Assembly (NCBI RefSeq): GCF_009914755.1
Contig: NC_060933.1
Length of the DNA stretch: 64,000 nucleotides
Direction: 5' to 3' (one strand)
Source of the DNA: the human T2T-CHM13v2.0 reference genome, Homo sapiens
In this document: in pieces, positions 1 through 11,764 of the stretch
Layout: each line of letters starts with the position of its first letter
Position numbering within the stretch: the stretch's first letter is position 1
The notes under the pieces: generated by a model
The model's input: the letters and a program-made list of their open reading frames with translations, nothing else
Told to the model about the DNA's origin: nothing
The model's database searches: none
Program-made: the position numbers and the translations under genes

Positions 1-901
1 TCAACTTTGAAGGAAGTTATGTTTAAGCCCACAGGAGAATTAAAGAGAGTAGGGGATTATGATAAAGGTTTTATCTTGAACAGAACTGGAGTGACTGTAC
101 TGTGATGTGTAAAACTAGCAGGGAGAATATCATGCCATAAAATATATATTTTTTTGAGTATGCCAGAAAAAAATAAAGCATCCAGACATTCAAGTAATTA
201 GGTTTTTCTTCTGAATAGTTTTAGTTTTAAAATATTAAATTGCCAAGTAAAATTTTTCTTTAACTTAAATACTCTTAAGTAGAACGAATAACTAAATGTA
301 GTTCTAAATGTCCTTTCAGAGTGGTTAAAATTAAGCCCTGTTTTTCTTTGTCCCTGTACATGATTAAAAATAAACAACCAAATCACATTTGGCTCTATAC
401 CCCAAAAGTGATTACTTTGTTATTTTCACTTCAATGGGACACATACTATCATCCATAAGAAATTACTGATGTGTTCTATGGTATTTTGAAAATAAATACA
501 ATGTATTTTTACTCATGAGTACCATCTGCAGGATTTCAAGCATGTCAAATATTTTGATACTTCAGGAAATTTTATACAATTGATGCTATATTTTTCCGAG
601 AAATGACTTAAATGACTGATTATGAAATATCTACCCAGTTTAATTTGCACTAACTTTTGAAAATAACGTCCCTGTTCTCTGGACCTAATATGCACAGTCA
701 CCCCACTTTTTCACCAATGCCCCCTAGGTTTGTCATATTCTTGCCACTTTACAGGAAAACAGAACAAACCTTACTAGTTAGCTAAGTACTCTCAACCCAT
801 TATTCCATTCCTTCTGTTTCTGTGGTAGCTTTCCAGGCAGGGCCAAGTCTTCTTGTCATGCTGTTGCTCTTGACCAGGAAACCTAATTATCCCAGACTTA
901 C

Positions 902-1035
902 CAGAACTATCTGGTGCCTGTGAAGTTATTTCGGAGCATTAAAAGAGGAGCTGGTAGGGCTGTCGGTGGAGCTGAGCCCTCAGGCTGGGAAATGAAAGTG
1001 CTTTGCCTTTCCACTGATCCAGCTGAGATACCTGC
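902..1035 (-). other. Candidate non-coding first exon of a minus-strand transcript
   Basis: Minus-strand donor CTG|GTAAGT (904-896). No recognisable repeat and higher GC than the flanks. TATA-like tract ~30 bp upstream of the inferred start. The ATG at 939 gives only MLRNNFTGTR*. The TSS position is inferred. Confidence 0.45.
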
Positions 1036-1170
1036 CTGTAGGTGATGTACATCACGCTTTTTAAAAAAGGCAGATCCACGTGATGAAGCTACATCCTGCT
1101 AGAACAGCCCCCAGCAAGAAGTGCCAGAAAACGAAAATCACACAAAGACAGTGGCAGTCCATGTGATTCA
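1036..1170 (-). promoter_or_regulatory. Candidate core/proximal promoter
   Basis: TTTTTTAAAAAG on the minus strand at 1057-1068; E-boxes CACGTGA 1077-1083 and CATGTGA 1160-1166; 14-bp palindrome GTGATGTACATCAC 1042-1055. Confidence 0.4.
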
Positions 1171-1624
1171 CAAGCAGCATTGAAGACTTTTCTCATAAGA
1201 AAAGACTTGTGAATAAGTCAGATGAGCTGAGATGCCAAATTGAGAGCACTGGAAAGGGGGAAATCTTTAAAAGGGCCTCTAAACAGCTGTAACACGCTTC
1301 AGAGTTTTCTATTTTCTGTCTGATCTTTATACTGACCTCATGAATTAACCCATAGATTTTACATTGTAATTTTCAGAGGCACTAGCTGTAAAGCCACAGA
1401 TTCCCCAGTACTGCTTCTGTTATGTTCATTTATATCAACACATGTCCCCTTAATGCTATATCTTAGCTTGGGGGTTGTAAATAAAGAAACATGGCCACTA
1501 GACCATATGCTTCCTGAGGGCCAGAAATGCATTTCAAAAGTAGAATCAAAATCACGTAAAATGATGGTAAATGCTTAGATGTGTATAGAAAAGAACAAAT
1601 AGGGATAATGACATTTATCCATTA

Positions 1625-1790
1625 ATAAGCATTTACATGGCTTATTTCATTTAATTCTCATAACTCAAAAGGAAAGTGATGAGAAGACTGAGACTTTAAG
1701 AATTGAAGACCTTGTCCAATATGACAGCCTTTAAGTGGTAGATCCAAGCTTGAAACTCAAGCTTTCTACCCCAGAAAGCTGTGCCTTCAA
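1625..1790 (-). mobile_element. MIR SINE fragment
   Basis: catttaattctcataac...gatgagaagactgagac...cttgtccaatatgacagc...aagtggtaga matches the reverse MIR core. Confidence 0.7.
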
Positions 1791-2178
1791 TCTATATTTT
1801 CTATGTATTCAGTAACACATGTTAAAGAGATTTAGAAGAAAATATATCACACAAAATAGATAAATATCAAATATATCCTTACATCTTCATCATTTTAATA
1901 CAAAAACAATTTTCAAAAGTGTGCTCATGTAGACAGAACCCATTACAGCCTCATTTCCCTTTCTTGTAAGAAAAAAACTAATAGCTATTTGATCTTCAAG
2001 ATGCCTAAGTACTAAATGTAAATCAATTGCCTCAATAACATACTTTAAATTTCTTTAAAAATCAATTAATAAAAAATGAGCACTTTGGTAATTTCTAATT
2101 AATAACATATTTATTGAATAATCCAACATACTTCCTAAACAGACACAGAGAAATGTCTGAGCACGTCCAGTTACCCGA

Positions 2179-2238
2179 AAAACAGGGTGTGTCTATGTAT
2201 TTGGATGGTCACTTAAATACATAGACACACCCTGTTTT
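2179..2238. repeat. Perfect inverted repeat, 24-bp arms and 12-nt loop
   Basis: aaaacagggtgtgtctatgtattt (2179-2202) is the exact reverse complement of aaatacatagacacaccctgtttt (2215-2238). Confidence 0.97.
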
Positions 2239-3704
2239 ACCCTATGTTTTTAAATACATAGACACAGGGTGGTCACTTAAAAAATAAAGTTGTTGATTTA
2301 CTTTCCGTTCAAAGTTGCAGTAAAGGAAACAGTTATTGGGGAAATTGGTTCCCTGGGCTACTCACAATGAATTCCAGCAGATCCCAAAGGATCACGCTGT
2401 AGAGAGAGAATGTACAAGCTGTATAAGGAGAGCTTTAGGAAGGAAACACATGTCTGAATTTATTCTAGAAGACAGGTAGTAAAAGAAAAATAAAGCAATT
2501 AACCCAGGCATCAAATAAAAAAAAATTGAGAAGATTCTGATTATCAATGCTCTCTTTCAGTTTTTACACAAAAGCTACTGATTAACTTTACCTGTGCTAG
2601 TTTGGCTAAATGAGAACAGAAAGTCAAGATATTACTATATTCTTAAATTTATATATAGAAGTCTGATGGTGATGCTATTGTCCATTCCAAGTTTTGAAAA
2701 GAATGATGATGAGCCAGGAAAAGGAAAGAATTTCCAGGATTAACATAATGAACTGTTGTGAATCATTCTAGATTTCAAGTAGAAGCACATTTATGTAAGG
2801 TGTGATTGCTAAGCTCTTGACTGGCATTTTAATATCTTAGTTCATGATCTTCAGATGTCAGTCCCCACTGAATCAGTGCTAAGGAAATACTAGCTGTGTG
2901 CTAATTTGAGTGGACTTTTGCATCCAGCTGATGCCCCACTCCAAACCAGAAAGCCTCTAAGAATCAAATCAAAATCTTCAAATGCTTTTCCTGAACACAG
3001 GAAAACATTGAAACTGTAGTAGTTAGGTACACTTTAGGGATTAACATAGTAAAAGTCAAGGAAGAGCATGGTCCTACAGCGGAATAAGATCTGTTAACTC
3101 AGCTCCTAGTTCAGAGCAGTCATCAAGATAATGTGAAAATAAATGCATAGAGAGATGGCATTGATAAACACCAGAGCCGGATCATGCTTGCGTAGTGAAC
3201 TCACGAACAGAGTAGTTACCCAGATATTCCAAATCAACAAACACCAGCCCGTCACACCCCAGATCCACCACCCAAATCACTTAGATTTAACTTTAGACCA
3301 AAAAGTTACCACTGAAAGGTATTTATTTCTTCAAGGATGTAAAAAGCTGAATTTTAGCCTTTCTTTTTGAATACTGAAACGCTAATCTTTCCTGTGATGC
3401 TTTGTGGGTTTCAGACGCATTCTAAACTTGAGGCTTGGGAGATCAGAAGTCATGCTGGAGACAGGAAAGAATTCTGGCTCATCATATAGTAAAGAAGTGG
3501 AGTTAACATGTAAATGTTTGTTCTTGTTATTATTAGTAGTATTGCTATTGTCCTGGTTTTCTACTTAGTTAACTGATTGGATAGATGACTGAAACACCAC
3601 ATATACATGAGCTTAAGCAACATTTTCTGGAGTCATGTGATGAATTTCAGATAATTCATAACTAAAACAAAAATTAAATGGAAGGGGAAGAGAATATTTA
3701 ATAT

Positions 3705-4062
3705 TTCATTTTTATATTTTTAAATAGACAAATTAAAATTGTATATATAGTGTAAATGATGATGTAAAATATATAGAATACTATGGAATGATGAAATCAA
3801 GCTAAGTAAATTATGTATTGTATCACATATTTGTTTTTTATTGTGAGAACACTTAAAATCTACTCTCTAAGCAATTTTCAAGTATAAAACACATTGTTAT
3901 TAACTGTAGTCACTATGTTGTCCTACATATTTTTGAATTTATACCTTCTAACCAAAATATTATATCCTTTGACCAACTCTGCTAACCTCCTCCACCTACC
4001 ACCACCACTCTCCACTGATAATCACCATTTTACTCTCTGCTTCTATGAATTTGACCTTTTCT
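3705..4062 (-). mobile_element. L1MA/L1MB 3' end fragment
   Basis: gtgagaacacttaaaatctactctct..gcaattttcaagtata..ttattaactgtagtcac..ctctgcttctatga is the reverse L1MA9/MB-type 3'UTR. Confidence 0.85.
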
Positions 4063-4129
4063 TGACTAAGGAGAGATTTAATCTTAAGCAAAAGGCTTTG
4101 GAAAATGTTAAACAAAGCTACAATGATTA

Positions 4130-4310
4130 TCTTTGGAACCAGAAAGACCTTAGTTGCCACCTGCTAGCTATGTGATTTTAGACAAAATTATTTAACCTAA
4201 CTTCAGATTCTTTATCTGCAAATTGGGGATCACAATACCTAAAAGTTATAAGCTTATTTAAGGATGAAATGAAATTGTGAAGTTAAAGTACAGTGCTTAG
4301 CATACAATAA
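4130..4310 (+). mobile_element. MIR SINE
   Basis: gccacctgctagctatgtga...ttatttaacct...atctgcaaattggggat...aggatgaaatga...acagtgcttagcata. Confidence 0.75.
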
Positions 4311-4794
4311 ACTTTCTATGTTGTTCTATATTCTTCTCTACTATTTTAATAGAAATAATATAAGCAAAAGTAGAATTAGTATTACAGGCATTATCAAAAG
4401 TGTCTCTGAGTGAAACTTGTCTCCTGAGGGTTAATGCAGTATCGTATTGCTGACTGCGAGATTCAAAGTTTAAGGTGAACTGCTCTCGTCAGGCCAGCCT
4501 TGGCATGGCAGCTTCTACACAGAAATAACTGTTATATCTGTTCCACTGAGTCAATGGAGGATCAATTATATCTTCTAGAATGTACATTATAAAGATTTAA
4601 ATATTGCCTCTTTTTGTTTTGGTTCAAGTGAAGTTACAACAAGTACTGCAGGGCCTAAAGATTCACATTCTTCAAGCAACTATCTGCATGATAATATTGA
4701 ATTACATTATTTACAAAAGGTGTAAATATAAAGTTAGTGCAGGTACTTTTGTAGGATGTATCTATAATATGTATTCATTTATAATTTCACTGGG

Positions 4795-4966
4795 TTAGCT
4801 GGGCGTTGTGGTGCACACCTATAGTCCCCATTATGTGGGAAGCTGAGGCAGAAGGATCACTTGAACGCAGGAGGTAAAGGCTACAGTTAGCCATGTTTGC
4901 ACCACTGCATTCCAACCTGGACAACACAGCGAGACCCTGTCTCAATTAAAAACAACAACAACTAAG
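4795..4966 (+). mobile_element. Alu right monomer (FRAM or 5'-truncated AluJ) with 15-bp TSD
   Basis: Right-arm Alu sequence with an (AAC)n tail, flanked by the exact repeat tataatttcactggg at 4780-4794 and 4967-4981. Confidence 0.92.
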
Positions 4967-5871
4967 TATAATTTCACTGGGCACATATGTGTTTGTTGCT
5001 TCTTACAAATCATTGTCATAATAAGAACCATGATCCCTTACTGTTAACATTGACAACATCATTGTCATAAAAGAAATCACAAAGTCTATGAGCTATTTAT
5101 ATTCACTGAAAATGTTAACAGACTTGCAAATTAAGTTCTGTGAAGTCCCCGATTTCAGATTTAACATGGAAATTTCTCTTCCTGAAGTACAGAATATAGT
5201 ATATAACTCTTCTCATCTGCAGAGCATTGAACAGAGACCAGACATATAAAACAAGGGAAGATCGATGCATTAAAATGTTCTCGGAAAGAGATAAGAAAAA
5301 TTATATGGCCAACTGAATCTAATTAAAAAAAAAATTTGTTTTTGAAATGAAATATGGAATGAAAAGGATTTTTGCAAAAATAAAATTTACAGAAGAAAGT
5401 AGAAGAATCTTCCTTAGGGAAGAGATGATGAGAGCAGTTGATCTAAAATCAGAATTTTGAATAAAAAATTCTGTAGGCCAAGACATTGAAAAACAATTTT
5501 TTTGTTAGCTATTATTCCCATCAATACGAAAGCTACCCAGACATAAAAGAATGTGGAACTAGGATAAATGCTAGTAGCAGACAAAAACTATTAGACATGG
5601 AGATTAAGAAAAAAAAGAATAAAAGTCATTTTTCCTATTTTAACATATATTTAATGAAAATAATTAAAAGGTAAACTGAGAAACCTGCTATAGTGTCTAG
5701 AGTTATATAGAAATATGCTCAGGTTAATTATATAAAAACTAGATATAATTATCACTCCCTCATATAGATTTGATAATTTTCATATAATCCTTTATATTGT
5801 CTTTATAAATAAGATAAAGATTATTCCTTTTTTCTTTTAAACTTTTAAAGTAACAATTACCAAATTTTATT

Positions 5872-6030
5872 CAACATTTATTGTGTATCAGACATGATGC
5901 TAGCAGAGGCAAGATTTCATTTATTCTAAATTATACTATGAGATAGATACAATTGTTTTTCTATTCTTCAAATAATATTACAAAACTCCAGGGAAGTTTA
6001 GTGGTTTCTCTAATCACATAAGATATGCAT
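5872..6030 (-). mobile_element. Degenerate MIR
   Basis: caacatttattg..tgctag..tttcatttattct..ctatgagatagatac resembles reverse MIR. Confidence 0.5.
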
Positions 6031-6290
6031 AAATCTACACAATAGCAGATCAAGTAGGGGCTCCTGATCTGTGCACTATACCTGAGTGAATCAGCTGGAT
6101 ATCTAATGGTGTTCCACAAACAAGGTTTTGGTTCCCAGCAGTGAGCACACTAAATAGGATCACCCTTATAGCATCATGTACAACACTTCACATGGTCTAA
6201 TTCTATGCTATCCATAGAGGTACCATACATTATTTAAGTCACATATTATTTAAATGTACCCTATGACATAGAAGACCTCTAGTCTCGGCA

Positions 6291-6628
6291 GAAGGAGTGC
6301 TAAATATTTTCTGTAAAGGGGCAGATAGTAAATATCTTAGCCTTTTCAGGACAAACAGGCTTTATTGCAAGTACTCAACTCTATGGTTATAAGCAGCATA
6401 GGAGCTATAGACAACATGGAAACAACTGAACATGGGTGTGTTACAGTATAGTTTTATTTATAGATACTAAAATTCAAGTTTCATATAATTCTTATGTCAT
6501 AAAACATTCTTCTTGGTTTTCTCTCAGCCATTTACAAATGTAGAACAACATTCTTGATTCGGGACCATATGAAAACAGGCAATGGACCTGATTTGACTCA
6601 CAGACAATATATAGTTTGCTAATGCCTA
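6291..6628 (+). mobile_element. MER58B (hAT-Charlie MITE)
   Basis: ttctgtaaaggggcagatagtaaatat...actcaactct...tttcatataatt (B-type internal segment)...aaaacaggc...tagtttgc. Confidence 0.85.
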
Positions 6629-6703
6629 GCTCTACAGTGATTCGGTTCTTAGTGGTAGTGGCTTATGCAACTGTGTATTATTGTGTATTAATATTTTTAA
6701 GGG

Positions 6704-7018
<315 letters not shown>

Positions 7019-7020
7019 CA

Positions 7021-7300
7021 GTTATTTTTAAAATGAATAACACATAATTGTACATATTTAATGGGGCACAATGTGATGTTTCCATCTGTGTATACACTGT
7101 GTAATAATCAAATCAAGGTATTTAGCAGATTCATCACCTTAAACATTTATCATTTCTTTGTGATGAGAACATTCAAAAACCTCTCTTCTAGCTAGTTAAA
7201 AATATACATTATCATTAACTCTATTCATGACACCATGCAACAGAACATCACCACTTACTCCTCCTATCTAATTGTAGTCTTGTAACCATTGACAGATCTC
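7021..7300 (-). mobile_element. L1MA 3' end fragment
   Basis: aattgtacatattta..aatgtgatgtt..atcaaatcaaggta..tttctttgtgatgagaacattcaaaa..ctcttctagcta. Confidence 0.85.
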
Positions 7301-7641
7301 ATAAAATCCTCTATTACTCTAACCTGCTATTTACATTAAATGTTAAGCTTTAATTTACTATTTTGTGCAATCTTTTTAAGGTACTATGCAGCTTTGAGAT
7401 GATACAATTAATTATACCTATATGGCACAAGTTAAGCAACCCATGGTCATATAGGGAACAAGACAGAGCTTATCTTTAAAACTAACTTGTATTTGCCATA
7501 ATTAGAATTTAATCATAGGTCCTGGAATCAAGGAAAAAAGCATTGGGAATTTCTTCTGCATTTGACAGAGTGAGGGTTGGGAAATATTTATCCTATGAAT
7601 CATATAAAGTTTGTCAAGGAGTAACTTACAAGATTCCCAAG

Positions 7642-7714
7642 AATCTTTTCTCAGAAAAAAAAGATATCTAATTTTTTTCTCAGAAAAAAAAAGATATCTA
7701 ATCTTTTCTCAGAA
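7642..7714. repeat. Short tandem repeat, ~29-30-bp unit x ~2.5
   Basis: aat(c/t)ttttctcag-polyA-gatatct repeated. Confidence 0.9.
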
Positions 7715-8670
7715 GATTTCTACTGGTATATATAAATTTAACTACCACAGATAAATTTATTATCATTTTTTGTACTTCTCTTATTCTTTCAAGAAATGAT
7801 GCCCACCATATTTTTACTTGTTTTTGATTACTTATCTAAATTGTTATTTGAATTATAATCCAGTTTTTTTTAAATCCCTTTCAACTTCATCTTTTCAGCA
7901 AAGCCAGTACCCCCAGAAAACCAGCAAAAACAAAAACAGAATATCTGACCTTTTGCTAATTTTGACAGTGTTTCTGGGTGTAATTGTACCTTTTGCTATA
8001 TCTATGGATAATACTCAAAAACTTCCAGGAGACACCAGTAGCACTAACTTTAGTTTATTCCCACAACTGGACCAACAAATTGAGGAATTTGGGATACTTT
8101 TATACTAAGCTTTAAAATTAATGGAAGAAACATGATACATTATTTTGTCAAATGGCCATAAAATGAAGCAAAATCAACAAATCCTATAACAACAACATAT
8201 TTTCAAGCTTTCCCCATAGCCGATGGTGGCTTTGCAGACATCTAAGTGATTCAACATTGGAGTTGTCCTGATCAACCTACTGTCATCATTCAGTGTTGGC
8301 TTTAAGTCCAAGTCAAGGTAGCCTTTCTTCTTTTACAAGAGCAAAGGGTATATAATGTTTTACTTTTTAACTTACAGCAGCTAAAATGAAACATTACAGG
8401 AAGGAAATTTAAAAAAGGAAAAGCCAAAGGATCTATGACTTTCATTTATACAAAGCTTTGAAGTATTCAATATATGGTAACAAACTTCTCCCCAGCTGAA
8501 CTTCACAGGAACGCTGAGTAAAACAAAGGGGAGGAGCTCCTTCTAAAATAGCAGAGGCTCTCTCTACTTTGCCACATCATAGCTGATCATAAGAAACAAA
8601 AAGGAGAGGCTAGAATTGAATAAAGAGAATACTACTTGAAGTACTAGGAAATTAAAACCTACTTTAAAAG

Positions 8671-9609
8671 TAAAGCAGGATATTTTCCTGATCCTTTTCG
8701 TGGGAATTGTGAGGGTGCCTCATTTCCTCAACCTGCCGCTCTCAACAATTTGACGGAGGGAGCGCACAAGTAAACAAAGCGGGAACTGGAGTGCAGAAGC
8801 ACTGGAACCAGCCAGCCGCTTCCGCACCTGCAGGAGTGAACTCCACCCCTCCAGGAGGCAACACGCAGGAGAGTGGGTGCAGGAGCCAGGGCGAACACTT
8901 TTGGGAGCTGGGAGGAGCAAACTTTGTGCGGGCCCCATGGCAAGTCCAGGAGGGATGCCTTCAACTCCTGAAGCCCCAGAGGGCATGTTAGGGCTTTTTA
9001 GCTCTGCAGTCCATGGACGGCTTTAAGCGCTAGCAGCTCAGTGGGTCATCTGCCTTTTCATGTGAGGCAGCTGCTCTCTACCGGTGAGGGTAAAGGGGCC
9101 AGTGTGACAGCATCCTGTATCCTCACTTGTGGCTCCAGAACTCTTGTCCAGCATCCAGGAAAAATGAGATCGCAAGAATGAGTGGAAGAATGGTAAATGC
9201 AGGGGATTTTATTGCTGATGAAAGTGGCCCTCAGTGGGAAGGGGAGCTGAGAAAGGGATAAGGTGGGTAGGTAATCTTCACCTGAAGTCCGGCCATCTGC
9301 GGCAGGATTATTCTCTGAAGTTGCACCGTCAAGCTGTCCCTCTGAAGTCAAGCCGCTTCTGACATCCAGCTGTAGTCCCTGACATCCAGCCACTCTTCCT
9401 CTCTGCCAGATGAGCTTAGGGTCTTTATAGGCACAGGATGGTGCAGGGCTGGGCCATGGGTGGTTTACGAAAAGGCAACATTTGAGTGGGGAAACGGGAT
9501 AGAAGTTCTCACTTTGAGCCACGGTCTCAGGGTTTTTGGCTTGAGGGTAGGGCTTCACCAGGGACCCATCCTTTTCTGCCTAGAATTTCTCTTCCTCCTG
9601 TCTCTATCA
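8671..9609 (-). mobile_element. ERV1 solo LTR of the LTR1/LTR28 group
   Basis: Minus strand begins TGATAGAGACAGGAGGAAGAGAAATTCTAGGCAG and ends ...AATATCCTGCTTTA. 4-bp TSD aaag at 8667-8670 and 9610-9613. Minus-strand TATAAA 9424-9429 and AATAAA 9208-9213. Confidence 0.88.
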
Positions 9610-11764
9610 AAAGTACAGTAACAAAAAGAAATGCATCCACTGTATGAAGCAAAGTAATGGAATCTTCATTCCTCAAGATTAACAAGAATGGCAAGAGGAG
9701 TAAAGCCAAAAGACAGGATCTCAAGGTATGAAATGGGATGAGTGACAATTCCCAGCAATCAGAGAGGAAATGAATTGTTAAAAAAAGAAGAAAATTTACC
9801 AAAAAAAAAAATTATTGTGAAAACCTTTGGTGGGAATTTGTTATAGAATCTGTTAAAGCTGTCCCAATTTTCTGATGGACCCTGCAGCAGCGGGATACTT
9901 TTCTCAGCTGAACTTAACTCTCTGTATTCCCCCTTCTTTCTTGAATGGATGCCCCCATGGAAAATGGTGTTGCTTGATGGGACTGGAAGACCTCTATTGA
10001 TAAGTGAGGTGAGAAGGAGAAAGGAATGTACAAGGATAAAATGTAAAATAGAAATTTAGAAAAATAAGCTAGAATAAAATGTGAATTAGGTCACTTAAAA
10101 ATGGGAAATGAAAGCAGTGGTTATTCTTAATGGACCAATGTATTATTTTTCCTCTTTTTGACCTCTCAAGATCAGCTGTGAGCCTTGGAAGTAGGCACTT
10201 TGGTTACAGCCCTCAAAGCCATAGCTTTGTGCGGGCCCCGGGGCAGCATAAAGACATTAATCCTCAACTTTGTGGAAACTGTACTTAGTTTCAATCCATT
10301 TGCCTAGTTGTTACTATGATTGTTTATGTCACAATTTCAAATGCTTTGCCCTCAATGTCTGGCATTCGAAATGGAATGAAGGCCATCTTCATGTTTTTGT
10401 CTTTCCCCTAATGGTAGCTTTCTCAAGTTCTCAAAATTCTCTGAGTTCTTGTTACCAGGGTGTGAAGCATCATTCTGCTACTTCCAATTTGACTTGGCAT
10501 ATATTAGGGAGGATGGAGAAGAGAACAACAATTCATTGGAATGGAGCCCTGAGTAAGTTAAATGCTTCCTGAATAAATGAGCAGTATCTCTTTCCCAGGC
10601 CTAGGTAATTGCTTTTTTATTTATCTCAAACCATTTTCATCCTCTCCTATAGCCTAATAGAGTCACTCTCTGCACACGGTGCATTTCTATCACAGAAGCT
10701 CACAGGATGCAGGCTCTGCTGATAATAAATAAATAAATAAAATCATGCAGTCCATATTACAGCTAGTGGAAGCTGAAGTTTTACATTTATATATTAAATT
10801 AAAATGCTTTCTGCCCATATTATACAAAATGTAAATGGTAGTTAAGTCAGGCAGCAGACAGAAGTTGGCTACTTTTTGAGCAGAGATGTCTTAAATGTCT
10901 GTTTCAGGGCAAACACTCCTCACGGACCACACAGATATTTATTAAGAAGCTAATATGGCTGTGCTCATTCTAATCACATTTAGTATTTGTCTTCTGAAAG
11001 AGTATAAGTCTGGTTGAAGAAAGAGAACATTAATATCTTTTAAATGAGCATAGTTGATTAATACTCTACTTAAAGTAAATGAAAAAAATTCAAACGGAAA
11101 GAAATAATTTTAAGTGAGTGAAAAGTGAAGATATGAAGAATGCATTATCATGCTATAATGAACCATTATCTATGTCAAAAGATTCACTCCTTAACACCAA
11201 TCAGAACTTGATATTCTTTTCCTTTAACCAGACATTCAGGAACTGTGCTATATAGTCTGTGCAATTGTTTTAGTGAATAGAGAGCCACAGGCCCTGAATT
11301 ATAAAAATACATTTTAGTAATGATAAATCTTTTTCATCATTAAAATATGGATTATTTCATGATGCTCTGGAAGCCCTATAACTAAAAGACAATTGCTAGT
11401 AGCAGACAAATGTGGACAATAAATATGATGGCACCAAATATTTTTGCTTTGTATTTAGCCAGCGTAATGGAAACATGTCTGATTTTAGAGACACAAACAC
11501 CTTTCCAGAAAATAGTGCCTGTGACTACAAACCTGCTTCAACCTTCTCTGCTCTCAAATTTGGTGCATAATGACTGTTCTAGTTAAACAAATATTTGGGA
11601 TAGCATTTAATCTATCGATGAAGAATGACAAACACCTGGCAAATGTGCCAACATTCTCACATTCTACTCTCAGAAGAGACACAACTAATTCATTATGGCA
11701 CCTTTTCCACCAAGCCAATAATTGCACGCAGATGACTCAGAACATGAAGCAGCAGTTAGCCATT

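Noticed and set aside
902-1035. Assigning a gene symbol to the candidate first exon
   Set aside because: I do not recognise the sequence with certainty; a BLAT search is needed.
9058-9558. 166-aa ORF, the longest in the track
   Set aside because: It lies wholly inside the ERV1 LTR, has no recognisable domain, and GC-rich sequence makes long chance ORFs likely.
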